Position numbers and translations under genes: made by a program | Source of the DNA: an uncultured delta proteobacterium | Lineage (GTDB): Bacteria > Myxococcota_A > UBA9160 > SZUA-336 | NCBI GenBank assembly: GCA_963704165.1 | Contig: CAVPHD010000004.1 | Span: forward strand, 128,001-192,000 | Direction of reading: 5' to 3' | Length of the DNA stretch: 64,000 nt | Notes under the pieces: generated by a model | Told to the model about the DNA's origin: nothing | Database searches by the model: none | What the model saw: only the letters and a program-made list of their open reading frames with translations | Part shown: one piece after another, positions 27,142 to 37,630 of the stretch | Layout: each line of letters begins with the position of its first letter | Numbering within the stretch: position 1 is the first letter of the stretch

Positions 27142-28251
27142 ATGCCACGTGACGCGCGCACGCGACTGCGACCACTGATGCGACTCCTGGTCGTATTTGG
27201 TTGCCTTCTGCTCGCGCCCACACAGGTACACGCCGCGTTCTGGGACTACGCGACGATCGTCGCTCCGACGAAGCTGCAGAATCTCGAGTCGCGTCCGGTC
27301 GAGATCGTCGTGCAGTTCAAGTCCGGAGCCCGGCGAGATACGTTCCGCGCCTGGCTGAACGGGCGCTCGATCACCGACCGCCTCACCCCGACACCGACGG
27401 GTGTGCAGGGGTTCGTCGACGTGGCCGACGGGCTGCGCGTCGGGCTCGAGACCGACCCGCCGCTCGCGACGCTCAACGTCCTCACCACCTTGGTGGAGGG
27501 GCAGAGGAGGAGACTCGACGCCGACCTGCAGGTCTTCTTCGTGCGCGAGCGCAGCGTCGCCGTTCCGAACGTGCGCGGCCTGTCTTCGGAGGCCGCCGCA
27601 GCCGCGCTCGCGGCGGCCGGGTTCACGGTCGGCGCGGTCAGCGACGTGGTTCGAACTTCGATCCCGACCGGGATCGTGATCGAGCAGAGCCCACTTTCGG
27701 GAACGCTCGCGCCGCGCGGATCCGCCGTCGACCTGGTCCGCGTAGCCCCGCCGCCCCACGACATCGCGGTCCCCGACTCGTGGCGGGGCGTGTGGAACCT
27801 GGAGTTCACCTACACCGACACGGCGACCGGCCTGATCGACAACGTGATGCCAGTCTCGAACCCGATCTGCGCGGCCGACCCGATCGGCGTCGCGGCGCTC
27901 GAGGCCACGGCCGCGGCGAACCCCGCCGCCGGGCTCACGACCTGCACCGCCAGCGCGACCGACGACCGGATCGACATCTCCTGCACCGGTGAGTTCGAGC
28001 AGATCTTCTGCGCGGTACCGGTGACGGCGAGGATCACGCTGCAACGCTCCGGCGACTCGATCACCGGCGACGGCGAGTGGACGATCGGCGAGCCGTGCGG
28101 CATCCCGATCGATCGCCGCGGTCAGACGATCGAGATCGTCGGCCAGCGCGCGAGCGCGGATCCGGGCGCCGCGTGTGCCGGGCCGCCGTCGAGCCTCTTG
28201 CAGAAGTTCATGCGGAACAACCTGCTGCAACTTCTGGGCGGTCAGCTATGA
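27142..28251 (+). CDS. Secreted PASTA-domain protein, copy 1
   Basis: Signal peptide ending VHA, PASTA repeat VPNVRGLSSEAA...GIVIEQSP.SGT..PRGSAVDL, six-Cys C-terminal domain. Alternative start at 27178. Confidence 0.8.
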   Translation: MPRDARTRLRPLMRLLVVFGCLLLAPTQVHAAFWDYATIVAPTKLQNLESRPVEIVVQFKSGARRDTFRAWLNGRSITDRLTPTPTGVQGFVDVADGLRVGLETDPPLATLNVLTTLVEGQRRRLDADLQVFFVRERSVAVPNVRGLSSEAAAAALAAAGFTVGAVSDVVRTSIPTGIVIEQSPLSGTLAPRGSAVDLVRVAPPPHDIAVPDSWRGVWNLEFTYTDTATGLIDNVMPVSNPICAADPIGVAALEATAAANPAAGLTTCTASATDDRIDISCTGEFEQIFCAVPVTARITLQRSGDSITGDGEWTIGEPCGIPIDRRGQTIEIVGQRASADPGAACAGPPSSLLQKFMRNNLLQLLGGQL

Positions 28252-31200
28252 GGCTGTTCGGTCGCCGGAGCGCGTCGCGCAAGGGGGGGCTCTACTCGTT
28301 CGCGGTCGCGCTTCAATTCTCGCTCGTCGCGATCGGGGCGTACCACATGCTCGGATGTGACGAGAATGCCGATTCAGAGGACCCTGACTACTCCTGCTCG
28401 GACACCCCCGTCACCGTCCACCCCGGCGGCTGCGCGAACATCGGGACCAGCTTCGGTGCGAACTGTGGAGCCACCGTCTGGAACAGCACGAGCACGTTCG
28501 CGCTCCCCAACTACTCGGATAGACGCGAGTTCTACACGCTCGGCGGGCCATCGATTGGCGGGGGCACCAGCGACCTGCAGATCTGCGCCCATGCGTGGGT
28601 GAATCCAAGCTACGGCTCCCCGCCCAAGAGCGTCGATGGGCGAGTCACCTTCGAGGATCCGGACGACGCCAGCCTGACGATCACCACGGGGGCCGATCTC
28701 CTGGTCACCGTCGACAACTCGCGCATCTGCAACCGGGAGCTGTGCATCCGCGCGAGCATCGACCAGACCGACCCCGCACTCGCACCCGACCAGGCCCGGC
28801 TCTCGGTCGTCGTCGACGCACCTCTCCTGACTTACTCGGTGATATGGACCGCGGACCGCGCGCCGAGCGGAATCACGCCCGGCGACGAGGACGAGACCTC
28901 GCTGGTGGTGACGCTTGCGCCCGGCTCGACGATCTACAGGGTCACGGTCCGGCGCACGACTAGCCTCCAGCTCGTCCTGTCAGTTTACGACCAGGTGACG
29001 GCAACCCTCGCCGGCGAGACCCAGCCGCCGGTGGCTGCGGACGACTCGGCTACGGTCGTCGTGGGCGGCGCGGTGACGATCGACCTGGCCGAAAACGATT
29101 CGGATCCTGACGGCGCGCTCGACCTGAATTCGATCGAGATCGTCACCGCACCGACGAACGGGTGGCTGGCGCTGAACTTCGACGGCACCGTCACCTACAC
29201 GCACGACGGCAGCGAGACCGTCGACGACGTGTTCGCGTACACGATCCGCGACGACGGCGACGAGGTCTCGAACGTCGCGACCGTGAACATCACCGTGACG
29301 CCTCCGAACGACCCGCCCGTGGCTGCGGACGACTCGGCCGTGGTGGACGAGGGCGGCACGGTGACGTTCGACCTGGCCGGGAACGATTCGGATCCTGACG
29401 GAGTGCTGGACCCGAGTTCGATCGAGGTCGTCGTGCCTCCGGCGAACGGCTCGGTGGCGATCAACTTCGACGGTACCGTCACCTACACGCACGACGGCAG
29501 CGAGACCGTCGACGACGTGTTCACGTACACCATCCGCGATGACGGCAACGCGGTTTCGAACGAGGCGACCGTGACCATCACGGTGACGCCCGTGAACGAC
29601 GCGCCCGAGGCTGTGCGCGACACGGCCGTGGTGGCGCCGGGCGGTACGGTGACGATCGACCTGGCCGGGAACGATTCGGACGCCGATGGCGCGCTGGACC
29701 TGGCGTCGATCGAGATCGTCGTGCTGCCGGCGTACGGCTCGTGGACGCTGAACGGCGACGGTACCGCCACCTACACGCACGACGGCGGCGAGAGCCTCTC
29801 CGACTGGTTCGGGTACACGATCCGCGACGACAGCGGTCTGGTCTCGAACATCGCGGCCGTGGACATCACCGTGACGCCGGTGGCCAGGGACGACTCGGCC
29901 GTGGTGGACGAGGGCGGCGCGGTGGAGATCGACCTGGCCGCGAACGATTCGGACACGGACAACGCGCTGGATCTGGCCTCGATCGTGATCGCCTCGGCAC
30001 CGGCGAGCGGCTCGGTGGTGCTGAACGGTGATGGCACCGTCACCTACACGCACGACGGCAGCGAGACCACCGGCGACGTGTTCACGTACACGATCAGCAA
30101 CGTGAGCAACGCGGTCTCGAACATCGCGACCGTCACCGTCACGGTGACGCCGCTGAACGACGCGCCGATCGCGGATGCCGGCGACGCCTTCGGCGTTCGG
30201 CTCAACCGCCAAGCGGATCTCGACGGGAGTGGCAGCTACGATCCCGACGACGGGCCGTTGCCGCTCATCTACCAGTGGACGTTCACCTACGTTCAGGACG
30301 GGAGCCTGCTCACGGACGCGGACATCGTGAACGCGGACGAAGCTCGGGCGAGCTTCCTCCCCGACGTCGTCGGCCGGTACGGGCTGCAGCTCCGCGTATC
30401 CGACGGTCTGGCGAACGGGATCGATCAGGTCAGTGTGACCGCCGGGAATACCGCGCCCCTCGCGGACCGGGACGCCTATTCGATCGACGAGGACGGCGTC
30501 CTGAACGTCGCCGCACCGGGTGTGCTCGCGAACGACGGTGATCTGGAGGCTGACCCGATCACCGCGGTGCTCCTGGCCGATCCGCCAAACGGCAGGCTGA
30601 CCCTGAACTCCGACGGCTCGTTCGAGTACACCCCCGAGGAAGACTTCAACGGTTCCGACATCTTCACCTACCGCGCCTTCGACGGGGACTTCTACAGCGA
30701 GGAGACGAGCGTCGAGATCACGGTCAACCCGATCAACGACGCGCCGATTGCGATCGCGGACGCCTACACCACTGACGAGGACGTGGCGCTCGAGGTGCCG
30801 CCGGACGGGGTGCTCGCGAACGACACCGACATCGACGGGGACGTCCTCACGGTCGCGCTCGTCACCGACGTCGCGAACGGCGCGCTGACGCTGAATCCCG
30901 ACCGCTCGTTCAGCTACGTTCCGAACGCGAACTTCAACGGTCCGGACGGCTTCACGTACACCGCGACGGATGGGGTCGAGACGACGGCGGTGACCGCGGT
31001 CTCGATCACCGTGGTGCCGGTCTCCGACCCGCCGCTCGCGAACGCGGGTCCGGACAGCGCCGTGCGCGTGGGCAGGCTCGCCAGCGTAGACGGAAGCGCG
31101 AGCTTCGACCCCGACACCGGCGCGCCGCTCGCATCGTTCCTGTGGACCTTCGCTTCGCTGCCGGCGGGCAGCGCGCTCACGAACGCCGACATCGCCGGCG

Positions 31201-34200
31201 CGGCCACCGCGCTCGCGAGCTTCACGCCCGATGTCCTCGGCACCTTCACGCTGAACCTCGAAGTCTCGAACGGGATCGACACGGCGAGCGACCAGGTGGA
31301 TGTACTCGCCATCAACTCCGCGCCCGTGGCGTTCGGCGACAGCTACGAGGTCGACGAGGACGAGACCCTCTCCGTCGCGGCGCCCGGCACGCTCGGAAAC
31401 GACACCGACGCCGACGGCGACGCGCTCACCGCGATCCTCTCGACCGACGTCAGCAACGGCACGCTGACGCTGAACGCCGACGGCTCGTTCGAGTACGCAC
31501 CGGCGGGCGACTTCAACGGCGCGGACAGCTTCAGCTACCGCGCCAGCGACGGGGACTTCGACAGCGAAGAGACGACCGTGTCGATCACGGTCAACCCGAT
31601 CAACGACGCGCCGGCCGCGGCTGCGGACGGCTACACCACCGACGAGGACGCGACGCTCGACGTGCTCGTCGCGGACGGCGTGCTCGCGAACGACGACGAC
31701 GTGGACGGCGACGTCCTCACGGTCGCGCTCGTCACCGACGTCGCGAATGGCACGCTGACGCTGAACCCCGATGGTTCGTTCAGCTACGTTCCGAACGCGA
31801 ACTTCAACGGTCCGGACGGCTTCACGTACACCGCGACGGATGGGGTCGAGACGACGGCGGTGACCGCGGTCTCGATCACCGTGGTGCCGGTCGCCGACCC
31901 GCCGATCGCGAACGCGGGTCTGGACGCCATCGTGCGCGTGAGCCGGCTCGCCAACGTAGACGGAAGCGCGAGCTCCGATCCCGACACCGGGGCACCCCTC
32001 GCTTCGTTCCTGTGGACCTTCGCCTCGGTCCCGCCGGGCAGCGCACTCACCAACGCCGAAATCACGGGCGCGACGGCTGCGCTCGCGAGCTTCACGCCCG
32101 ATGTCCTCGGCACCTTCACGCTGAACCTCGAAGTCTCGAACGGGATCGACACGGCGAGCGACCAGGTGGATGTACTCGCCATCAACTCCGCGCCCGTGGC
32201 GTTCGGCGACAGCTACGAGGTCGACGAGGACGAGACCCTCTCCGTCGCGGCGCCCGGCACGCTCGGAAACGACACCGACGCCGACGGCGACGCGCTCACC
32301 GCGATCCTCTCGACCGACGTCAGCAACGGCACGCTGACGCTGAACGCCGACGGCTCGTTCGAGTACGCACCGGCGGGCGACTTCAACGGCGCGGACAGCT
32401 TCAGCTACCGCGCCAGCGACGGGGACTTCGACAGCGAAGAGACGACCGTGTCGATCACGGTCAACCCGATCAACGACGCGCCGGCCGCGGCTTCGGACGA
32501 CTACACCGCCGACGAGGACGCGACGCTCGACGTGCTCGCGGCGGACGGCGTGCTCGCGAACGACGACGACGTGGACAGCGACGTCCTCACGGTCGCGCTC
32601 GTCACCGACGTCGCGAACGGCACACTGACGCTGAACCCCGATGGTTCGTTCAGCTACGTGCCCGACGCGAACTTCAACGGCACGGACGGCTTCAGCTACA
32701 CGGCGACGGACGGGGTCGAGACGACGGCAGAGACGGCCGTCTCGATCACCGTGACGCCGGTCGCCGACCCGCCGATCGCGAACGCGGGTCCCGACTTCGG
32801 AGTTCGCGTGAGTCGCGTCGCCAATCTCGACGGCAGCGCGAGCTCCGATCCCGACACCGGCGCGCCGCTCGCGTCGTTCCTGTGGACCTTCGCCTCGGTC
32901 CCGGCGGGCAGCACGCTCACGAACGCCGACATCACGGGCGCGACGGCCGCGCTCGCGAGCTTCACCCCCGACGTCGTGGGCACCTTCACGCTGAACCTCG
33001 AGATTTCGAACGGGATCGACACGGCGAGCGACCAGGTGGATGTGACCGCCGGGAACTCCGCTCCCGTGTCGCAGGCCGACAGCTACGAGATCGACGAGGA
33101 CGGTTCCCTCTCCGTCCCGGCGCCGGGCACGCTCGGAAACGACTCCGACGCCGAGAGCGACGCGCTCACCGCGATCCTCTCGACGGATGTCGCCAACGGC
33201 ACGCTCACGCTCAACGCCGACGGATCGTTCGTCTACACGCCGACCGCGAACTTCAACGGCAGCGACAGCTTCAGCTACGTCGCGAACGACGGGGATCTGA
33301 GCGGGGCGCCGGCGCTGGTGACGATCACCGTGCGGTCGGTGAACGACCCGCCGACCCCGAACGACGACACCTACTCCGTGGACGAGGACCAGACACTCAC
33401 GGTGGTTGCGGTGCAGGGCGTTCTGGCGAACGACGGGGACAACGACGGCGACGTGCTGAGCGCGACGCTCGTCGGGAACGTCTCGAACGGCAGCCTCGCG
33501 CTCGCCGCGAACGGCTCCTTCGTCTACACGCCAACCGCGAATTTCAACGGCTCCGACAGCTTCAGCTACACGACCAGCGATGGAACCGTTTCCGCCGGGC
33601 CGACGACGGTCACGATCACGGTCGATGCGGTGAACGACGCGCCCGTCGCCGACGCGGGCCCCGATTTCGACGAGGGCGCGGGCCGGACGGTCGCGCTCGA
33701 CGGCACCGGCTCGTCCGACGTCGACGGCGACACGCTGACCTATCAGTGGAGCTTCACGTCGATTCCGACCGGAAGCACCGCGACGATCACGGACCCGACG
33801 CTCGCGAACTCAAGCTTCGTCCCCGACCTCTCCGGGCAGTACGCCGTGCAGCTGATCGTGAACGACGGGACGGTGGACTCCGCGCCCGACACCGCGGTCT
33901 TCGGAATCACCGCCTGCTCCCCGTCGACCGTGCGCTGGGCGCTCGGCGTGAGCGGCCTGTGGACCACGGCGGCGAACTGGAGCACCGGCGCCGTGCCCGG
34001 TCCCACCGACGACGTGTGCCTCGATGTGCCCGGGGACATCACGGTCACGCACACCACGGGAACCACCAGCTCGATCCGCAGTCTGATCAGCAACGAAAAC
34101 GTCGAAATCTCGAGCGGCACGCTCTCGATCGCCCTGCCGTCGGCGATCTTCGGGACGTTCACGCTGTCCGGTGGAACCCTCACGGGCACCGGCGACCTGA

Positions 34201-37200
34201 CCGTGCATGGGCCCATGGTGTGGTCGGGTGGAACCCTGTCCGGATTCAGCCGGACGACCGGCCGGGGCGGCATTTCGCTCGAGGGCGGATTGAAGCGGCT
34301 GACCGAGCGCACGCTCGTGAACTCGCTCGGGCGGACGGCGATCTGGTCTGCGGGCCAGATCAGCTCCGGCGACGGCGCCGTGATCGTGAACGACGGCACG
34401 TTCCGGACGACGTTCGACGGATCCGTCTCTCACGGCCTCGGCGGCGTGCGCGCGGTGTTCACGAACAACGGCACGCTCGAGAAGACGGCCGGCGCGGGAA
34501 CGGCACAGCTCACGGTCACGCTCGACAACACCGCGTCGGGAGTCGTCCGGGGAAGCTCCGGCCTGCTCGAGTTCAACGGCGGCGGCGCGAGCGCGGGTCG
34601 AATCGAAGGCGCAGGGACGATCGTCTTCGGCGGTTGGACGACGGCGGTGAGCGGTGTCTACGACGTGTCGGGCGGCACGCGGATCGAGGGATCGTCGACG
34701 GTCGTGAACTTCGACCCGTCGGCGACCGTGACGAACCTGGGAACGCTGACGATCCCATCGGGCACCGCGAACTTCCTCAACGTCGCTCAGGCGAACGCGA
34801 GCGCCCTCGTGCATACGGGCGGAATCCTGACCGGACCGGGCACGCTCCGGGTGACGGGGCTTCTGACCTGGAACGGCGGGACCCAGTCGGGCAGCGGCCA
34901 GACGATCGGCGCGGGCGGCATGACCCTCGCGGGCATCACGAAGTCCCTCTCCGGCCGCACGGTCGTCAACCCGGTCGGTCAGACGGCGACCTGGAGTGAG
35001 GGCGGGATCAACTCCGGCGACGGCGGCGTGTTCGTGAATGACGGCACGTTCCGGACGACGTTCGACGGAAGCTTCGCTCACAACCTCGGCGGCGTGCGCG
35101 CGGTGTTCCGGAACAACGGCACGCTCGAGAAGACCGTCGCTACGGGAAGGACGCAGCTCTCGTTCACCCTCGACAACGCGGCAACGGGCGTGATCCGAGC
35201 AAGCTCCGGTCTGGTCGAATTCAACACGGGCGGAGCGAGCGTCGGCCGATTCGAAGGCGCGGGGACCATCGTCTTCGGCGGCGGCACGATGAACGTGGAC
35301 GGGACCTACGACGTGGTCGGCAGCACCCTCGTCGAGACCTCGGCCATCGTGAACTTCAACGCGCCGGCGATCGTGACGAACCTGGGAACGCTGACGATCG
35401 CCTCGGGCACGGTGAACTTCCTGAACGTCGCGGAGGCGAACGCGAGCGCCCTCGTGCATACCGGCGGAATCCTGACCGGACCGGGCACGCTCCGGGTGAC
35501 GGGGCTTCTGACCTGGGACGGCGGGACCCAGTCGGGCAGCGGCCAGACGATCGGCGCGGGCGGCATGACCCTCGCGGGCATCACGAAGTCGCTCTCCGGC
35601 CGCACGCTCGTGAACCCGGTCGGACAGACGGCGATCTGGAGCGCGGGCGGGATCAACTCCGGCGACGGCGGCGTGTTCGTGAATGACGGCACGTTCCGGA
35701 CGACGTTCGACGGAGGCTTCAACCACAACCTCGGCGGCGTGCGCGCGGTGTTCCGGAACAATGGCACGCTCGAGAAGACCGTCGCTACGGGAAGGACGCA
35801 GCTCTCGTTCACCCTCGACAATCCCGCTTCCGGCGTGATCCGGGCCGGCTCCGGTGAAGTGGAGTTCAACGGCGGCGGCGCGAGTGACGGAGGGATCGAA
35901 GGCGCGGGGACCATCGTCTTCGGCGGTGCCACGACGAACGTGAACGGAACCTACGACGTGATCGGCGGAACCCTCGTCGAGACCTCGGCCATCGTGAACT
36001 TCAACGCGCCGGCGATCCTGACCAACCTGGGAACGCTGACGATCGTTTCGGGCACGGTGAACTTCAACAACACTGCGCAGGCGATTGCGAGCGCGCTGAT
36101 GCAGACGGGTGGTAGCGTGACCGGCCCGGGCACGCTCCGGGTGACGGGGATGCTGATCTGGAACGGCGGGACCCAATCGGGCAGCGGTCAGACGATCGGC
36201 GCGGGCGGCATGACCCTCGCGGGCATCACGAAGTCCCTCTCCGGCCGCACGGTCGTGAACGCGGTCGGCCAGACAGCGACCTGGAGCGTGGGCGGATTCA
36301 ATACCGGAGGCGGCGGCGTGTTCGTGAACGACGGCACGTTCCTCGCGACCTTCGACAGCACCTTCTTCTTCAACCTCGGCGGCGCGCCCGCCGTGTTCCG
36401 GAACAACGGCACGCTCGAGAAGACCGGCGGCACGGGATCGACGGCGTTCTGGTCCATCCTCGACAACACCGCGACGGGCGTCGTCCGGGCCAGCTCGGGC
36501 GTGCTCGAACTCAACGGCGGCGGTGCCAGCGCGGGCCGCTTCGAAGGCGCGGCGACGCTCGCCTTCGGCGGCCTCACGATGGACGTGACCGGGGTCCACG
36601 ACGTGGCGGGCATCACCCGGGTCGAGGGCGGATCGACGTTCGTGAACTTCAGCCCGCCGGCGACCGTGGCCAATCTCGCGACGCTCGAGATCGTCGCCGG
36701 GACGCTGAACTTCAGCACCGGCACACCGATCGGTGTGGGCACCCTCACGCAGACCGGCGGCACGCTGACCGGGACGGACACGGTCACGGTGGCGGGGAAC
36801 ATCAGCTGGTCGGGCGGAACCCAGTCCGGCTCCGGCCAGACGATCGGCAACGGCGGCATGACGTTCTCGGGCTCCGGGCGGACGATCAGCGGTCGCACGA
36901 TCGTGAACCCCGTCGGTCAGCTTGTGGACTGGACCGCCGGACCGATCGGCTCCGGGGACGGCGGCGCGTTCGTGAACGGCGGCACGTTCCGGATCGGCTT
37001 CGACGGACAGGCCGCCTTCAACCAGGGCGGCGCGCGCACCGCGTTCACGAACACGGGCACGTTCGAGAAGACGTCCGGTACGGGCTCCGCGGGCATCGGA
37101 TTCGTGTTCGGCAACACGGGTCGGGTCCGATCGGCCGCCGGGATCGTGAGCTTCACCGGCGGCTACACGCAGACCGCCGGTACAACCGAGCTCGACGGTG

Positions 37201-37619
37201 GAGCGTTCAGTGGCCTGGTAGCCGGGATCCAGGGCGGAAGCCTGATCGGCTCCGGCGCGGTGACGGGCGGGCTCGCCAGCACTGGCAGGATTGCGCCCGC
37301 GTTCAACGGCCCGCTCGCCGTGACGGGAACCTTCGGACAGAGCGGCGCGGGCACACTCGAGATCGAGCTCGCGGGCACGGGCACACCGGGAACCGACTAC
37401 GACCAGCTGACCGTCTCGCAGGCCGCGACGCTCGGCGGCGCGCTGAACGTCAGCCTCGCGAACGGCTTCGTGCCCTCAGAGGGTGACTCGTTCGTGATCC
37501 TGACGTACAGCTCGGCGACCGGCGCGTTTGCGAGTCAGTCACTTCCGCCGCTCGGCGGGGGACTCTCCTGGAACGTCGCGGTCGGCGCGAATGCGCTGAC
37601 GCTGACCGTCGTGCCCTGA
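28248..37619 (+). CDS. Giant lipoprotein adhesin 1 (3123 aa): Cys-rich N-domain, tandem-95/cadherin-like Ig repeats, PKD-like domains, C-terminal beta-helix-like repeats
   Basis: ATGA overlap with the PASTA gene, lipobox MLGC. Repeats ND.D.DG...G.L.LN.DGSF.Y.P..NFNG.DSF.Y and P.A.AG.D...DGS.S.DPD. G/T-rich passenger-like C-terminus. Confidence 0.85.
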   Translation: MRLFGRRSASRKGGLYSFAVALQFSLVAIGAYHMLGCDENADSEDPDYSCSDTPVTVHPGGCANIGTSFGANCGATVWNSTSTFALPNYSDRREFYTLGGPSIGGGTSDLQICAHAWVNPSYGSPPKSVDGRVTFEDPDDASLTITTGADLLVTVDNSRICNRELCIRASIDQTDPALAPDQARLSVVVDAPLLTYSVIWTADRAPSGITPGDEDETSLVVTLAPGSTIYRVTVRRTTSLQLVLSVYDQVTATLAGETQPPVAADDSATVVVGGAVTIDLAENDSDPDGALDLNSIEIVTAPTNGWLALNFDGTVTYTHDGSETVDDVFAYTIRDDGDEVSNVATVNITVTPPNDPPVAADDSAVVDEGGTVTFDLAGNDSDPDGVLDPSSIEVVVPPANGSVAINFDGTVTYTHDGSETVDDVFTYTIRDDGNAVSNEATVTITVTPVNDAPEAVRDTAVVAPGGTVTIDLAGNDSDADGALDLASIEIVVLPAYGSWTLNGDGTATYTHDGGESLSDWFGYTIRDDSGLVSNIAAVDITVTPVARDDSAVVDEGGAVEIDLAANDSDTDNALDLASIVIASAPASGSVVLNGDGTVTYTHDGSETTGDVFTYTISNVSNAVSNIATVTVTVTPLNDAPIADAGDAFGVRLNRQADLDGSGSYDPDDGPLPLIYQWTFTYVQDGSLLTDADIVNADEARASFLPDVVGRYGLQLRVSDGLANGIDQVSVTAGNTAPLADRDAYSIDEDGVLNVAAPGVLANDGDLEADPITAVLLADPPNGRLTLNSDGSFEYTPEEDFNGSDIFTYRAFDGDFYSEETSVEITVNPINDAPIAIADAYTTDEDVALEVPPDGVLANDTDIDGDVLTVALVTDVANGALTLNPDRSFSYVPNANFNGPDGFTYTATDGVETTAVTAVSITVVPVSDPPLANAGPDSAVRVGRLASVDGSASFDPDTGAPLASFLWTFASLPAGSALTNADIAGAATALASFTPDVLGTFTLNLEVSNGIDTASDQVDVLAINSAPVAFGDSYEVDEDETLSVAAPGTLGNDTDADGDALTAILSTDVSNGTLTLNADGSFEYAPAGDFNGADSFSYRASDGDFDSEETTVSITVNPINDAPAAAADGYTTDEDATLDVLVADGVLANDDDVDGDVLTVALVTDVANGTLTLNPDGSFSYVPNANFNGPDGFTYTATDGVETTAVTAVSITVVPVADPPIANAGLDAIVRVSRLANVDGSASSDPDTGAPLASFLWTFASVPPGSALTNAEITGATAALASFTPDVLGTFTLNLEVSNGIDTASDQVDVLAINSAPVAFGDSYEVDEDETLSVAAPGTLGNDTDADGDALTAILSTDVSNGTLTLNADGSFEYAPAGDFNGADSFSYRASDGDFDSEETTVSITVNPINDAPAAASDDYTADEDATLDVLAADGVLANDDDVDSDVLTVALVTDVANGTLTLNPDGSFSYVPDANFNGTDGFSYTATDGVETTAETAVSITVTPVADPPIANAGPDFGVRVSRVANLDGSASSDPDTGAPLASFLWTFASVPAGSTLTNADITGATAALASFTPDVVGTFTLNLEISNGIDTASDQVDVTAGNSAPVSQADSYEIDEDGSLSVPAPGTLGNDSDAESDALTAILSTDVANGTLTLNADGSFVYTPTANFNGSDSFSYVANDGDLSGAPALVTITVRSVNDPPTPNDDTYSVDEDQTLTVVAVQGVLANDGDNDGDVLSATLVGNVSNGSLALAANGSFVYTPTANFNGSDSFSYTTSDGTVSAGPTTVTITVDAVNDAPVADAGPDFDEGAGRTVALDGTGSSDVDGDTLTYQWSFTSIPTGSTATITDPTLANSSFVPDLSGQYAVQLIVNDGTVDSAPDTAVFGITACSPSTVRWALGVSGLWTTAANWSTGAVPGPTDDVCLDVPGDITVTHTTGTTSSIRSLISNENVEISSGTLSIALPSAIFGTFTLSGGTLTGTGDLTVHGPMVWSGGTLSGFSRTTGRGGISLEGGLKRLTERTLVNSLGRTAIWSAGQISSGDGAVIVNDGTFRTTFDGSVSHGLGGVRAVFTNNGTLEKTAGAGTAQLTVTLDNTASGVVRGSSGLLEFNGGGASAGRIEGAGTIVFGGWTTAVSGVYDVSGGTRIEGSSTVVNFDPSATVTNLGTLTIPSGTANFLNVAQANASALVHTGGILTGPGTLRVTGLLTWNGGTQSGSGQTIGAGGMTLAGITKSLSGRTVVNPVGQTATWSEGGINSGDGGVFVNDGTFRTTFDGSFAHNLGGVRAVFRNNGTLEKTVATGRTQLSFTLDNAATGVIRASSGLVEFNTGGASVGRFEGAGTIVFGGGTMNVDGTYDVVGSTLVETSAIVNFNAPAIVTNLGTLTIASGTVNFLNVAEANASALVHTGGILTGPGTLRVTGLLTWDGGTQSGSGQTIGAGGMTLAGITKSLSGRTLVNPVGQTAIWSAGGINSGDGGVFVNDGTFRTTFDGGFNHNLGGVRAVFRNNGTLEKTVATGRTQLSFTLDNPASGVIRAGSGEVEFNGGGASDGGIEGAGTIVFGGATTNVNGTYDVIGGTLVETSAIVNFNAPAILTNLGTLTIVSGTVNFNNTAQAIASALMQTGGSVTGPGTLRVTGMLIWNGGTQSGSGQTIGAGGMTLAGITKSLSGRTVVNAVGQTATWSVGGFNTGGGGVFVNDGTFLATFDSTFFFNLGGAPAVFRNNGTLEKTGGTGSTAFWSILDNTATGVVRASSGVLELNGGGASAGRFEGAATLAFGGLTMDVTGVHDVAGITRVEGGSTFVNFSPPATVANLATLEIVAGTLNFSTGTPIGVGTLTQTGGTLTGTDTVTVAGNISWSGGTQSGSGQTIGNGGMTFSGSGRTISGRTIVNPVGQLVDWTAGPIGSGDGGAFVNGGTFRIGFDGQAAFNQGGARTAFTNTGTFEKTSGTGSAGIGFVFGNTGRVRSAAGIVSFTGGYTQTAGTTELDGGAFSGLVAGIQGGSLIGSGAVTGGLASTGRIAPAFNGPLAVTGTFGQSGAGTLEIELAGTGTPGTDYDQLTVSQAATLGGALNVSLANGFVPSEGDSFVILTYSSATGAFASQSLPPLGGGLSWNVAVGANALTLTVVP
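29025..30165 (+). repeat. Four ~288-bp coding repeats (96-aa Ig-like units)
   Basis: Recurrent GACCTGGCC...AACGATTCGGA and ACCTACACGCACGACGGC at about 288-bp period. Confidence 0.85.
30720..33300 (+). repeat. About three 870-bp coding tandem repeats (290 aa: PKD-like + two Ig-like units)
   Basis: ACGTCCTCACGGTCGCGCTCGTCACCGACG at 30841, 31711 and 32581. A ~400-bp block at ~31210-31620 and ~32080-32490 is essentially identical. Confidence 0.9.
34200..37130 (+). repeat. About five 645-648-bp coding repeats (~215 aa) in the beta-helix-like region
   Basis: W.GGT(Q/L)SG units at 34233, 34881, 35526, 36171 and 36819. Confidence 0.85.
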
Positions 37620-37630
37620 CGGACCTCCGG

